DNA of 64,000 nucleotides from Bilabrum cf. latius (taxonomy: Eukaryota), in the NCBI GenBank assembly GCA_965178125.1, contig OZ237748.1, positions 62,001 through 126,000 of the forward strand, read 5' to 3'. Made by a program: the position numbers and the translations under genes. Below, in pieces: positions 49,927 through 61,562 of the stretch (position 1 is its first letter; each line of letters opens with the position of its first letter). The notes beneath the pieces are model-generated. The model saw nothing but the letters and a program-made list of their open reading frames with translations, was not told the DNA's origin and searched no databases.

Positions 49927-51858
49927 TCACTGCCTCTCCAGCTGCTGCTCTGCCTGCGTACCCCCCTCTCCTGCTTCCTGCTGCCTCTTTCGCAGCACCC
50001 CCTCGATGAAAAATTCGCCAGCCTTGTAGCTGGACCTGACCAGCGGGCCTGACGCGACGTACAGGAAGCCCATCTTCTTCGCTTCCTCCCCCAGTGCATC
50101 GAACTCTGCAGGGGGCACGTACCTCCTCACGGGATGGTGCCTCCCAGTGGGCCTCAGGTACTGCCCCAGGGTCACCACATCGACCCCCGAGGATCTGCAG
50201 TCGCGCATGGTCTGAAGCACCTGCTCCTCCGTCTCCCCCAGCCCGAGCATGATGCTCGTCTTGGTCACCAGCGAAGGCTGCGCTACTTTGGCCCTTTCCA
50301 GCACCTTGAGGCTCTGCTGGTACCCTGCCCGCCTGTCCCTGACCCTGGCCTGGAGGGCCTCCACGGTCTCCACGTTGTGCGCTGCGGTGTGACGAGTGAG
50401 TTGGATATGCGTGTGTGACGAGTGAGGAGCAGGGAACCGAACGCGCTAGCGCAGCCGAGCGCGCGACGTGCAGCCAAAACGGCCAGCAGCGGCAGCGGCA
50501 GCCGTTTCTAGATGGCAAGAACCTGATGACCCCCCCCTTCTCTGTACTCTGCTGCACCATGTTCAAATTGCATATACCTATGTATCTTCTCACCGAACAC
50601 ATCCAGGCCGCTCCTTGCCACCTGATCGATGAGCTCGTGCTCTCCCCTGAAATCGGGTGTGAGGGCTTCCACCAGCATCTTGGGATCCCGCTCCTTGATG
50701 GCTCCGATCGTCGAGGCGAAATGCCTCGCGCCCTGGTCCGGCAGGTCGTCACGGTCCACTGACGTCAGTACCACGTACCCGAGTCCCCAACGGGTCACTG
50801 CCTCCGCCACGTTGGCGGGCTCCGAGGGGTCCAGTGGGGGCGGTGCGTTGCTCGTCCTTACGGCGCAGAAGGAGCAGCCTCGTGTGCACGTGTCTCCCAT
50901 GATCTGCGCGTGGGAAAACGGAACGAGGAGAAGTAGAGACGTGAGCATCATCATGGTGGGGATGGGCGGGATACAGAGGAGGGCCGCCAGCCAAAGGAGC
51001 GGAGAGGGCGGGATACAGAGTGTGACGAGAACCGTGCGAGCAGGGATACAGAGTGTGACGAGAACCGTGCGAGCAGGGATACAGAGTGAGCATGAGCAGG
51101 ACGCGAGCGGGGAGGCGGGCCCTGCTCGACGCAGCGCAATGATGATACAGCAGCATAATGCAAGCATGCATTTGCGAATTAATGTTTCTCACCATGACGG
51201 TCGCGGTGGCTGTGCCCTCCTCCCCGCCCCAGCACTCCCCGATGTTCGGGCAACGAGCTTCCTCACACACTGTCGCAAGGTTGAGTTCCTTCACCGTGCG
51301 CGTCAAGCGCTCGAACGCCTGCTTGTTTTCGCCCGCTGGAGTGCTAATGCGGAGCCAGTCCGGCTTTGGCCCCGGCCCTGCGAGCCCGGCAGGGACAGAG
51401 CACCCGGCCGCGGAGGCCGCGCCGATCTGGGCCGCGCCGATCTGGGCCGCGTCTGCCGCGCGCTCCCGGCGAGGGTTCACCCTCACAGAACCTGGAAATG
51501 CACCTTTGATAGCTTCGTCGCCGTGGTCTCGCAAAATCTTCGATGCGCCGCCGTCTGCTTGGGCGAAATCGCGCAGTGACGGTGCGGCCGAAGCTTCTGG
51601 CCTTGCGTTGCCTGCACTATCAGAGCGCAATGCTTCTCGAAGCTGCGCCAGTCTGGATTGTTTGCTTGCTTTTGTTCGAACCTACTGAGCCTGCCCAACC
51701 CGCGCCGTGCTGATGATGTTGCGTTGCTACTGAATCTCGGTAAATGACGAAAGCGACGGAGGCACGTGTGGGGCTGCGAGCACACTTTGGCGCGCCAATC
51801 CGCTATCAAGTGCGGCAAGTATGTGAGATGCAGAGCGTCGACTGACTCGGTGCCGCAT
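49927..51858 (-). CDS. LIAS: Lipoyl synthase, mitochondrial (radical SAM); introns 50904..51192 and 50382..50593
   Basis: Motifs [53 protein letters not shown] and [14 protein letters not shown]...CAG introns. The Arg/Ser-rich presequence contains TAGs at 51727 (CAG-TAG-CAA) and 51682. Ends TGA. The start could be an upstream ATG (51900 or 51915). Confidence 0.93.
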
Positions 51859-52237
51859 TTTGATGCAAGTATGTGCTGTAGGACGTGAACAAGCGAACAT
51901 ATTACTGAGGTTCATCTTCGAAGTTGGATCGTCATTCGTTCGTGATCACTGATCAGGTGATTCGGTACAAGCAGACCATTCCATTCCATTCATGAGGATA
52001 CTTCGTTACAAGCAAAGCAGTGTGTATCCAAGCCGCAGAATGTGGAAGGGGTCGCGAAACCACCCGGCCAAAGCGCGCCCGATTCACGTTACTCTGCCAA
52101 GAGAAGACCACGACCACTGGCAGGCAAACACCACCGGCAAGGCCTCCAACCGACAGCATCGGCGACGCGTCAGCGAGGAGCGAGAAAGATACCTTACACG
52201 TATACCAGACACATCATCTCGCAGGGCCAGACGAGGC

Positions 52238-54862
52238 TCAGTGCGCGGCGGCAGCGGCCACCACCACCAGGAGCAGAGCGCCGAGCGATGCCACGGAAGA
52301 GGCACCTGCAGAGGCCCCGTCGTCGTCGAAGAACGTGTCGGGGAAATCGTCCCCGTCCGTGCCAGACGAGGCAGTCCCCCCCGCGGGCCGGGTGGGATCG
52401 TCCAGCGCCTGGTCCTTGTTGGCGTCCAGGTAACCGGAAGAAGACCGCATGTCGAGTGTGCCGTCCTGCGCCATGGTGCCGATCTGGGAAGCAGCGGCGG
52501 AGGAGGCGGCGTCCGTCTCCAGCCTCAGGCTCACGGTGAACGTCGCCGTGGTGCCAGAGGTGGTCACGTCGGACACGCTGCACTGGTCCTCTCGGGCGCC
52601 CACCTGGCGGACGACGTCCCTGCACACCCGGGTCTTGAGAGCCTCCTCGTTGGTCCCTGCCACGAAGCCGGACTTGATGTTGGTGAGGCGGATCTTCGCC
52701 GTGGCGGGGTTGGCCGCGGCGCAGGTGGCCGGGAAATCAGAGGCTTCCAGCCCGCTGCAGATGCCCATCACGCGGGTCTTGATGGCGGACGCGCGGGGGT
52801 TGAAGTCGTTGTTGCGGCGCGCGCGCCCGCTGGTTCCCATGATGGCCAGCTCGTAGAGGGCACCATCGGCGCAGCACTCTGCCTCGGCCATGGCCGCCTC
52901 GATGGCCATGGAGCAGTTGGACGAGCAGTTGACCGAGCTAGCCTGCAGCCCGAAATCGAAGATGGGCAGGTCTTGGCCGTGGGGCACGTTCCTTCCCGTG
53001 ATCTTGCACGCGTCGTACACGTCGTCCATCGCGGAGCCCATCCGCCCGATGCAGTACTCTGTACCGACGCGCCCGCAGCCGTACTGGAGCCTGGATTTGT
53101 CCTATTCGTTCGTCCCGAACTGCTCCCCCCCGATGCTGATCACTGCCCTGCCGCATGGGCTGCAGTACCCTGCCATCTCGGCGTCGGTGGGGATGTCCTC
53201 GTCGTCGTCGTCCTCGTCGTCGTCGCCGCCTTCCTGCTGGTCGTCCCCTCCGCTCTCCCCCTCGTCATCATCGTCACCACCGAAGAGGCCCTCATCGGCA
53301 AGCTCAGGCAGGCAGTACTCTCCTCCCGCCCTGAGGCAGACGAGGTCGAAGGACTGCTGGATCTGGTCCGTGATGAGGCCCCCCTCGTCGTCGTCAAAGC
53401 TGGTGTCGTCGTCCCCATCATCTCCATCGTCACCGTCGTCGCCGTCATCCATGGCGGGCAGGTTGACGAGGAGGCCAAAGAGGCGGGAGATGCTGCGGGT
53501 CATCTTGCGATTGCAGCTCTGGTCCCCGCCAGAGCAAAGGGTGTTCACGTTGGTGGTGACGGCCTGCGTGTCGGTGGGACCCTCTCCTCCGAGCGTCTCG
53601 AAGGCAGCCTCCATCGCCTCTGCACAGTACTCGCCGTTCGAGGCAGTCAGGCACTGGCTGCGGTTCTAATAAATACACAAATAAATAGATATTCAATTGG
53701 ATTGAGTCGGAACAGTAGCATGGCTGGTGCGACTTAAATTGCGACCGAGTGAGCAACTCGCTGCCAAAAAGCGAGACAAGCCCCGCTGGCCCATACGGGA
53801 CCTTGCCGTCGGGGAAAAGGCTAAATATCACACACAAGTAACACAAACGAAGTAACATTAGCTCAAATTGGTCTCACAGGTCGATCGACACGGCGTACAG
53901 TGCTACGATCCCGCACACTCCCTGCGACGCTTGCTCGGGGGAGATCTGATCCTGGGCTTCCCGAAGCTTGCGGGCGCACGTTGATGGGCACACAGAATCG
54001 TAATCGAAGTCGTCACCATCGGCGTCGTCGCCCTCGGAGGGCTGCGTCTGCAACATGCGCCTGTTGCCATCGTCGCCGTCGTCGCCGCCGGTGCCAGGAA
54101 GCACTCCGTTGCAGTCGTTGAATGCATCAGCAATAATGTTGCAGCATGCAAGGTTGGGATTGGCATCGCAAATCTAGCTAGGGTCGCCCTGAAGCATGCG
54201 AGCCATGGCGGCCGTGGGAAGAGACGCGCGCCCGGCCAGGTGAGCACCGTATCCGAGCTTGCCATCCATCTGCGGGGAGTTCACGCAAGGATCGAACACA
54301 TTAGGTAGACAAAATGGCTCTAGGATGCATTGGACGCGCGACGCATGCTACAGAACTAGCCCAGCGAGAGCACCACCTGAGGTTTCTGCGGGTAGCTCGG
54401 ATTGTCGCCGACGCCAAACAGTGCGACCCGCGCACGTTCGTCAAGCTTGAGGAGGTGAAGCGGCACAACAAGCAAACAAAATCATTTAATTTTAACTAGT
54501 TTGGCCTATTCACCTACTGCAAGCATGCAAGCTGGCTAAATAAATGCAAGGCACGCCAGAATAGCACCTGTTCTGGCGCTCACACAAGCATCCCAATAGT
54601 TCGAGATAATGCCAAACCTCGCGAACGCACGCCAGCGGGAGCTCAATCAATACATGATACAATCCATCAGTACTCGATTGATTCGTGACAAACGAAAGCC
54701 GCGCGGTACGATCGCGAGAATCCAAGCCTGGTGCATCCTCACCTTGGACCTCAGCCGCATGGCCTGTTCGATCACCTTCGACACGCGGCCTTCGGTACTA
54801 CCCAGCTCCATTGACATGGCAAGTGCAGACACTGCAGCTATCATCGCGATGGCAGAGCGCAT
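52238..54862 (-). CDS. Secreted, probably GPI-anchored Cys-rich surface protein; introns ~54271..54742 and 53658..53877
   Basis: Signal-like MRSAIAMIAAVSALAMS. Three copies of a C-x5-7-EYC motif, acidic linkers, and a C-terminal GASAGASSVASLGALLLVVVAAAAAH before TGA. TAG at 53102 and ~54177 read through. Confidence 0.7.
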
Positions 54863-55329
54863 GTTCGCCCTGTGGTGTATGGTGTAAAGCTGGCTTCGAA
54901 AACGGCTCTGGTGCGATAGCAAATACCAGATTATCGGTTTCATAAAAATCACTGTATAAATCCAAATAGCGTGCTAAATAGTATTCTGGTTTTTAGCAGC
55001 GCCCCTGCAAGGTATCCGAGTATACAGCGCCACCATGCCTTGAGCGTTCTGGGGAACCGATGGCCCTTCGAATCTGAAATAGCGGGTGCGGGAAACGCTC
55101 CAAGGCGCAGGAGCAGCTGTTTCACCCGCCAAGGGCGCGCTACCTCCGCATTCGACTGGAAGCGAATGGTCGCATGGGTCGCATCGTGTAGTACAAATAT
55201 CCAGCAGCCCATTGTTTTGCGGCTGAGCTGATTTGGTCACGACGTCCACGATACCGGGGAAAGTCTCCAAAAAGCCAGCAATATGACTTCGATACCCTTC
55301 GCCAACTCAACCCCCCCGTGTGCGCATCG

Positions 55330-58300
55330 TCAGAAATCGTCGTCCTCGAACGCATCCGCGGGCACCGAAGGGAGGCCGACCCACACTCGCCCCGTCCTCC
55401 TCTGCCAGCCCCTCTCCCTCAGGGCGGTTGCAACCGCAACGCGCCAGCCCGCCGCGGGGTCCCATCGCACCCCCCTGCCGCCGGTCTGCTCGACGCCCGG
55501 CGGCCCCGCCTCACTCGTCACACCGTTGCCCTCCACCCAGCAGGGGAACACGCCCAGCTGGTACGTCCCCTTTGGGCTGACGCTCACCCCGTCGGATAAC
55601 CGGAACAAGAACCCGTGCCTGGGGCACCGGACACATGCCCCCCCCCCCCACTCCTCGATGTCACCCCCCGCCAGGTTGCCCCCCGCGTGGGGACACTTTG
55701 GCGCGCTCGCCATTGCGCGGCGCCCCTTGCGGAACACCACCACGTCAGTCCCCATGACCCGCACCCTGGTCCCGAGCTCCTCGTTCCCACCTGAACCAGC
55801 ACCAGCACCAGCACCAGCACCAGCACCTGCGGCGGATTTGGATGCACCTCCGCACGCTCCTGCCGGAATCGATCCCGCGACTCCGCGGCTGGCTCTGAAC
55901 CGACTGAACCGAGGGGTGGCGATTCCCTTGGCCGCAGCAGAGGACCGCGCCGCTGCAACGGGCCGCCCATGTTCCGCAACCGGTGCGCGGCGCCGCCTCA
56001 CGGCCCCGGTGGCCGTGAACTCGTACACGGGGGCCGGCTGCATCGCGGCATCCTTCAGGTCCTGTATGACGAGTGCGGTCGGGAAGTAGGGCACCCCGTC
56101 GGGGCCCATTGCGAACGACTCGGAGTCAGAAACGTCGGGGCCTGCTGTCCCCGACGCATCAGTCTCATCGCACTCGTCACACTCCTCCAGCCGCAGCCGT
56201 ACCCGCGGATCGCCCGAGGATGGCGACGACGAGGAAGCCGGCTGCAGCAGCACGGGCAAGGCCGAGGAGGAGGGTGATGACGAGCACGGGGCCGTGCCCT
56301 GTTTCTGGGCATCTGTGTGACGAGTGCGCCGGCGCTGGGGGCCCAGCGACCACGGGCTCTCGGTGTGACGATGATGATGGCCTGCCGCCCCTCCTGCACT
56401 CCCATTCCCCCGGCGAGGTGTGACGAGTGAGGTACCCGCCTACCTGGTACTGCCCCGCGGAGACCCCGCACTCGTCACATCGCTGCCCCCCCCTACGCTC
56501 CCTTCCCCCCCGCCAGCCCCCACACCCCCAACCCCAACCCCAGCACCCAGCCCGAGCCCCAGCCCCAGCCCCAGCCCCAGCCCCAGTCCGAGCATAGCCC
56601 CGCCCCCATCCTCTCCGCACTCATCACCTCCGCTGGCATACCCACCGGGGGCCGGCCCAGACAGCGAATCAGCCGTCTGGCCCCTGGGTCTGTGCGTGCG
56701 CAGGTCTCCGGATCCGGAGCCAGATCTCGATCTGGACCTAGCATCGGCACCGTCCCAATCCCCACCTGCTCCTCTGGCTCCACCACCGGCGTGTGTCACA
56801 CTCGTCACACCAGCTCTCGCCTCCGCGCCCCAGTCCACGCGATCCTCCCCTCCCGCGCTGCTCCACCCGTGGACCCGCCACTGCTCACTCGTCACACCGC
56901 CACCGAACCCGTCCGTGGAGCCGCTCCCCCACAGCATCCCGCTCCTCCTCGCCAGTGCCCTGACTCGCTCCTTCGCCCTCCTCCCCTCCTCAGGGGTCTG
57001 CCCCCGCCGGTGGGGACCTCGGGCACCCGGCTCCGAGTCGGTGTCGCTGTAGCCGTGATCCGATCCGTGATCCGATCCGTCCCACAGGCCCCCTTCCCCT
57101 TCCCCGCTGGATGCAGACGCCCGATGGTGTGACGAGTGCACGAAAGACGATGAGTCGTCCAGGAGAACAAGAGGCGACGGGGCCTGGCCATTGCCACCAC
57201 CTTCACCACCATCACCATCCTTGCTGCTACTGCTGGGCTCTTCACTCGTCACATCATCGCCGGCGACAGGCCCTGACTCTCCCGGTGCGTCGCTGTGCTT
57301 CCTCCGACGGGTGCCTTGGCTGCCCTCGCTGTCCGGCGAGGGCGAGTGTGACGAGTGCCAGAGCTCCCCCGCTGCCTCCGGAGGCAGAGAGCAGGGCGAC
57401 CGTGAGCCGGCGGGCGAGTGTGACGAGTGCACGGGGTCCATGGCCATCGCGGCGGCGGCTGGGGGCAGCAGCCTAGGGGCCTGCATGGAAGCGGAACCTT
57501 TCAAATGCGCGGCGTCGTTCCCGCTCAGGAACCCCACCCCGAGTCCGGCTGACACGGTGGGAGGAGGCAGTCCCAGCCCTGCTCCGATCGATCCCCGTGA
57601 GGCATGCACGCCCGCCCCTGCACTGGGCCCGGCAGCGGCAGCACCTGCTTTCGCTTCCACTCCCACCGCATCCAGTGCTGGCCCAGGCTGCAGCATTCCC
57701 GTCCCCGCCACGCCCATATCCATGCCCATATCCATGCCCATGCCCATGCCAGGGAACCGTCCCGTAACATGCCCGCCCACCGGACCCACCCATCCCCGCA
57801 CTCCAAACACGGTGGACCACGGCGAGCCCGGGCGGCGACTGTGTGACGAGTGCGCGAGCGACGGTGCACCGGTGCGTGGTCCCTGCACCTGCCCCTGCCT
57901 CCGGTGCTGTTCCCCACCGTGATCACGATCCAACGGCATGCCTCCGTCTCTATCGCCCCTTCCCTGGATCGACGAGGCAGTGCCGCCGCCTTGCGATCCC
58001 GGGGGCGATTGTGCTCCGGCGCCCGCGCCCGCATACGTCGCAGCCGGCCGCCGGCTAGTGCCCTCGGACGGGCCGCCGCTCGCCCACGACGACCCGGTAG
58101 GTTCCGCAATTGCACCGGCGCCGCGCAATCGCCGCGCCACCGCCGCTGCAGCCCTCCTCTGCCTCCGGATCGTCCTCTGGCGAGCGTCCTCACCACAGTG
58201 CGATGCACCCGCCCCTCTCGGCACACCGTGGATCGTCGTCTCTTGCCGATCTCCGTTGCTGCGCCCCTGGTGGCGGGCGCGTGACGAGCGATCGTGGTGT

Positions 58301-59388
58301 GACGAGTGGGAATCTGGTGCTCTGAGGGGCGACTGGCCGCCCACTGGCACTGCAAGCGGCGGGTACTTCCGTCCCACCCCATTCATACCGCTCCCATCTC
58401 CCTTCCGACTCGGCGGAGTGCTGCTGCTGCTGCTGCCGCTATTGCTATTGCTGCTGCCAATGCTGCTGCTGCTGCCATTGCCGCCCATGGTCCCAGACTG
58501 CTTACTGTGGGTGTCCAGAGGGACTGTTCCCTGGGGTTCTCCACTCGTCACACGAGGAGGGGTCCTGGGACTCGGAGCTGCAGCCGCACCCTGCCGCTGC
58601 GGGGACGTCTGCCGGAAGGCCGATGCCGCGCTTTGCCCCGGCACCCATCCCTGCCCCCGCCCCTGCCCCCGCCCCTGCCTCTGCCCCTGTGCCTGTGGCT
58701 ACCCCCAGCCTCCAAACCCCAGGCCTGTATCTCCCTCTTCCTCCCGATGCTGCCTACGCTGCTGCTAGTTCGCGCCCCGCTCACCCCCGCCCCCGGGTGG
58801 GGTCCTCGTCAGGGGGCTGCCAGGGGTCGGCAGCCCCCTGTTTCCCTCGGGTTTCGACTGACCTTCTTGGATAGAGGCAGAGCTGGTGGTGGCAGAACGA
58901 TGATGCCGCGGCGGCGTGACGTACCCCCTGCCGGCGCCGCTGGTTCTTGTTGTTGCTGCTGCCGCGCCCGTGCTCACTCTCGCCCGGGGAGGCGATGCTC
59001 GAGACCAGGACAGCCGCTGCTGCTCGGATGCAATCGCGAGCGGCGGGGTCGCGAAAGAAGTCTATGATTCCAAACTGTGCTAGAAATGATTCTGCCGCTC
59101 TGGTGACCACCGAATCGGTTTGGGCGCGGCCAGAGTGCCTATTGCGCTCTTGATTTGCGATGCAACCGGTAGTTGCTTGTCCGACTCTCCTTGCACAGCG
59201 CTGGTGTTTATGGCCTTACTGGCCTGCAGCACGTGGCCTTGCACTGCATTGCGTGCCGCTGCCTGTTTGGCGATCGTGCGGTCAAGTATGCTCTCGCCAG
59301 CTGTCGAGTCTGCATGCTCGGCTTGTTGAGGCTTCTCGCGAGCGCCATTCTGACAGCGATCAGGGCCGGTTCCCGATGGCGCTGCCAT
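55330..59388 (-). CDS. Large disordered protein with a C-terminal Rieske [2Fe-2S] ferredoxin domain, ~1350 aa
   Basis: CPHAGGNL...CVRCPRHGFLFRLSDG Rieske motif. ORFs 59080.., 58765.., 56440.. and 55330.. share one frame and are separated only by TAG. Ends TGA. The start (MAAPSG) is inferred. Confidence 0.7.
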
Positions 59389-61044
59389 AATAAGAAAGAA
59401 GAGATTGGCTCTCCTATGGTGCGAAGCGCGCACCACTTTAAGGTGCAGAGTCGAGGCGTGTGACGGGGAGACGGGCCACGCTTTTTTCAAAGCGCAGGTG
59501 CTCCGGGTGGATCGGCTAGGCGATACGAAATTGCGCGCCCGGGTCAATGATGATTGGTGGTGCTCGGGCCGATATTTGAGGATGTATATCAAATTGGACT
59601 ATTGCCAGTGTCTCTTGCAAAAACTTCCGAAGCAGCCGGCGCAGGCAACCCGAGCCTCCCCTTCACCGCGCCAGCGCTCTGCACCCTGCCTACAAGTCGT
59701 CGCCAACCAGATTAGAATTCTTCGATGCACCTATCCAAAGCGAGGAACTCCTCTGCGCATTTGCCCCCCAAGCTTTTCAGCGACGACACGCCCTCTCGCT
59801 TCATGCAGCGAACCTGCGCGCGGAGCTCATCCGGACAGTGCGTCTGCAACGCCCGTGCACTGCGAACGCGCGTGAGAAAATAGTCTACAACCAGTATAAG
59901 GAGGTGGAAACATGTGCAGGGCTCGACTGTCGACAGCCGCACGCAGCGCATCCAACACCAGAGCAACTGACGAACGGCCCACTCCTAGCCGCGTGAACAC
60001 AGCAGTAGCGGCTTCAACCTTACATTTTCATGGCTCGCTTCTAGAACTGCATCTGCAAGGGCTTCGAGTACGAATCCTTCAAGTGGTCCGCTCGCCCCTC
60101 CCCTGCCTGTCGCGCCCAGAACATCTCGGCGATGGCCGCCCTCCTATCGATCGCAACGTATTCCACAATGCTTCGGGCACACTCATCCGCAAGAAACCTA
60201 AGCAATGTCTTTTCCTCGCTGTCCTCCGAAGGGGTAAGGGCGCGTGATCGCCCGATGGAATTCTCGGGACCGTGCCTCCAGCTCTCTCTGGTGTTTGCCT
60301 GCTGCACAACCCACGTATCCTCCGGTCCAGGCTCGCGCAAACTCTCAGTCGGAGATTTGAAGGGCCTAGCCATCGCTTTCAAGATGCTAGAATTACTTGA
60401 TGATACCAAATACACCATCGAGCTTCGCATTTGCGCCGCGCATCTCTCAGGGGTACGTTCCGCAATCCCTTCAAAGTTCCCCTCGGGTTGTTGGAGTCTT
60501 ATGACAAACAATTGTTCATTGTCGATCCGTGGCCGCCATTTCAACAAGGGTGAGAAGCAGTGCCTGATCGAGCATTATGTTGCGAATTAATCTCGTAGAT
60601 TGTTGCGAGTACTAGTCCAAGTCAAGCCGGTCGAAGCACTGCGAATATTGCCCGCTTGTTTGAGCCCGGCTTGAAGTGATCGCTGGATTGGTTGTTCCAG
60701 CGCATGATCGACCGGTAATGCGCTGACGTTCAAGCTTACTAGAACCACCATTGATTTTTGGATTTGTGGATTGATGTGTTCCTTGGGGTGAATGGCCGAG
60801 TCACTATCCTACAGCAGATCCACGTGTGGAAGGGTACTTTGGGTTGTGTTCGTGTATTGCTGCAAGCTGCTGCTCAGTTGCATCACGTACAGCCTGCCTT
60901 CTTGCGTGTTTGGTTGAATGAATCTCATGACTCTGACGCACAGCGAGTGCTCCTTGGCAGTGCCCAGCTCTTCGCTATCTGTGTTGGCTCACCCAGCTGT
61001 GCACCTTGCCCGCATCTCGCAGACGTAGAAGGACAACCAGAGCA

Positions 61045-61283
61045 ATGTCGAACTGCTTCTTTGACATCAGCATCGGCGGAGGCCCCGCGCAGCGCATCGA
61101 GTTCGAGCTGTACGACGACAAGAACCCCAAGACCACGGCCAACTTCAGGGCGCTGTGCACGGGCGAGAAGGGCTTCGGATACAAGGGCAGCAAGTTCCAC
61201 CGCGTCATCAAGGGCTTCATGGCCCAGGGCGGAGACTTCACCAAGGGCAACGGCACCGGCGGCATGTCCATTTACGGTGAGAA
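61045..61283 (+). CDS. Cyclophilin-type peptidyl-prolyl isomerase, N-terminal half only (first exon or truncated gene)
   Basis: [64 protein letters not shown]. Similarity stops there, and I found no FxDENF or LSMANAG continuation in the window. Confidence 0.85.
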
Positions 61284-61562
61284 CATGGGGGTACGACCAG
61301 CCGATCATTGCGCCTCTGCTCGCTCTCTCGCTTTATTTATCGCTCTTTCCTGCTGCTCTTCTCTTTCAATTAATATATTAATTTTGCAGCCACGGCACTC
61401 TCGGTCCAACCCGGTTGCAGAGGATTGGGTATCCATTGTGTTTCTTATACTTAGACCAGATTATTTCAAAATACAAGCAAATTTACTCTCTCCAGATCAT
61501 GTGTGAAACTCGTAACTCAATCAAGCTGCCACCTATGCGCCTGCGAGCCCAGGGACACCTCC

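Noticed and set aside
51992-53737. 581-aa plus-strand ORF and similar long antisense ORFs elsewhere
   Set aside because: Shadow ORFs opposite well-supported genes in GC-rich DNA.
59600-60750. Possible minus-strand gene around ORF 60041..60547
   Set aside because: Plausibly coding, but boundaries and product cannot be supported from sequence alone.
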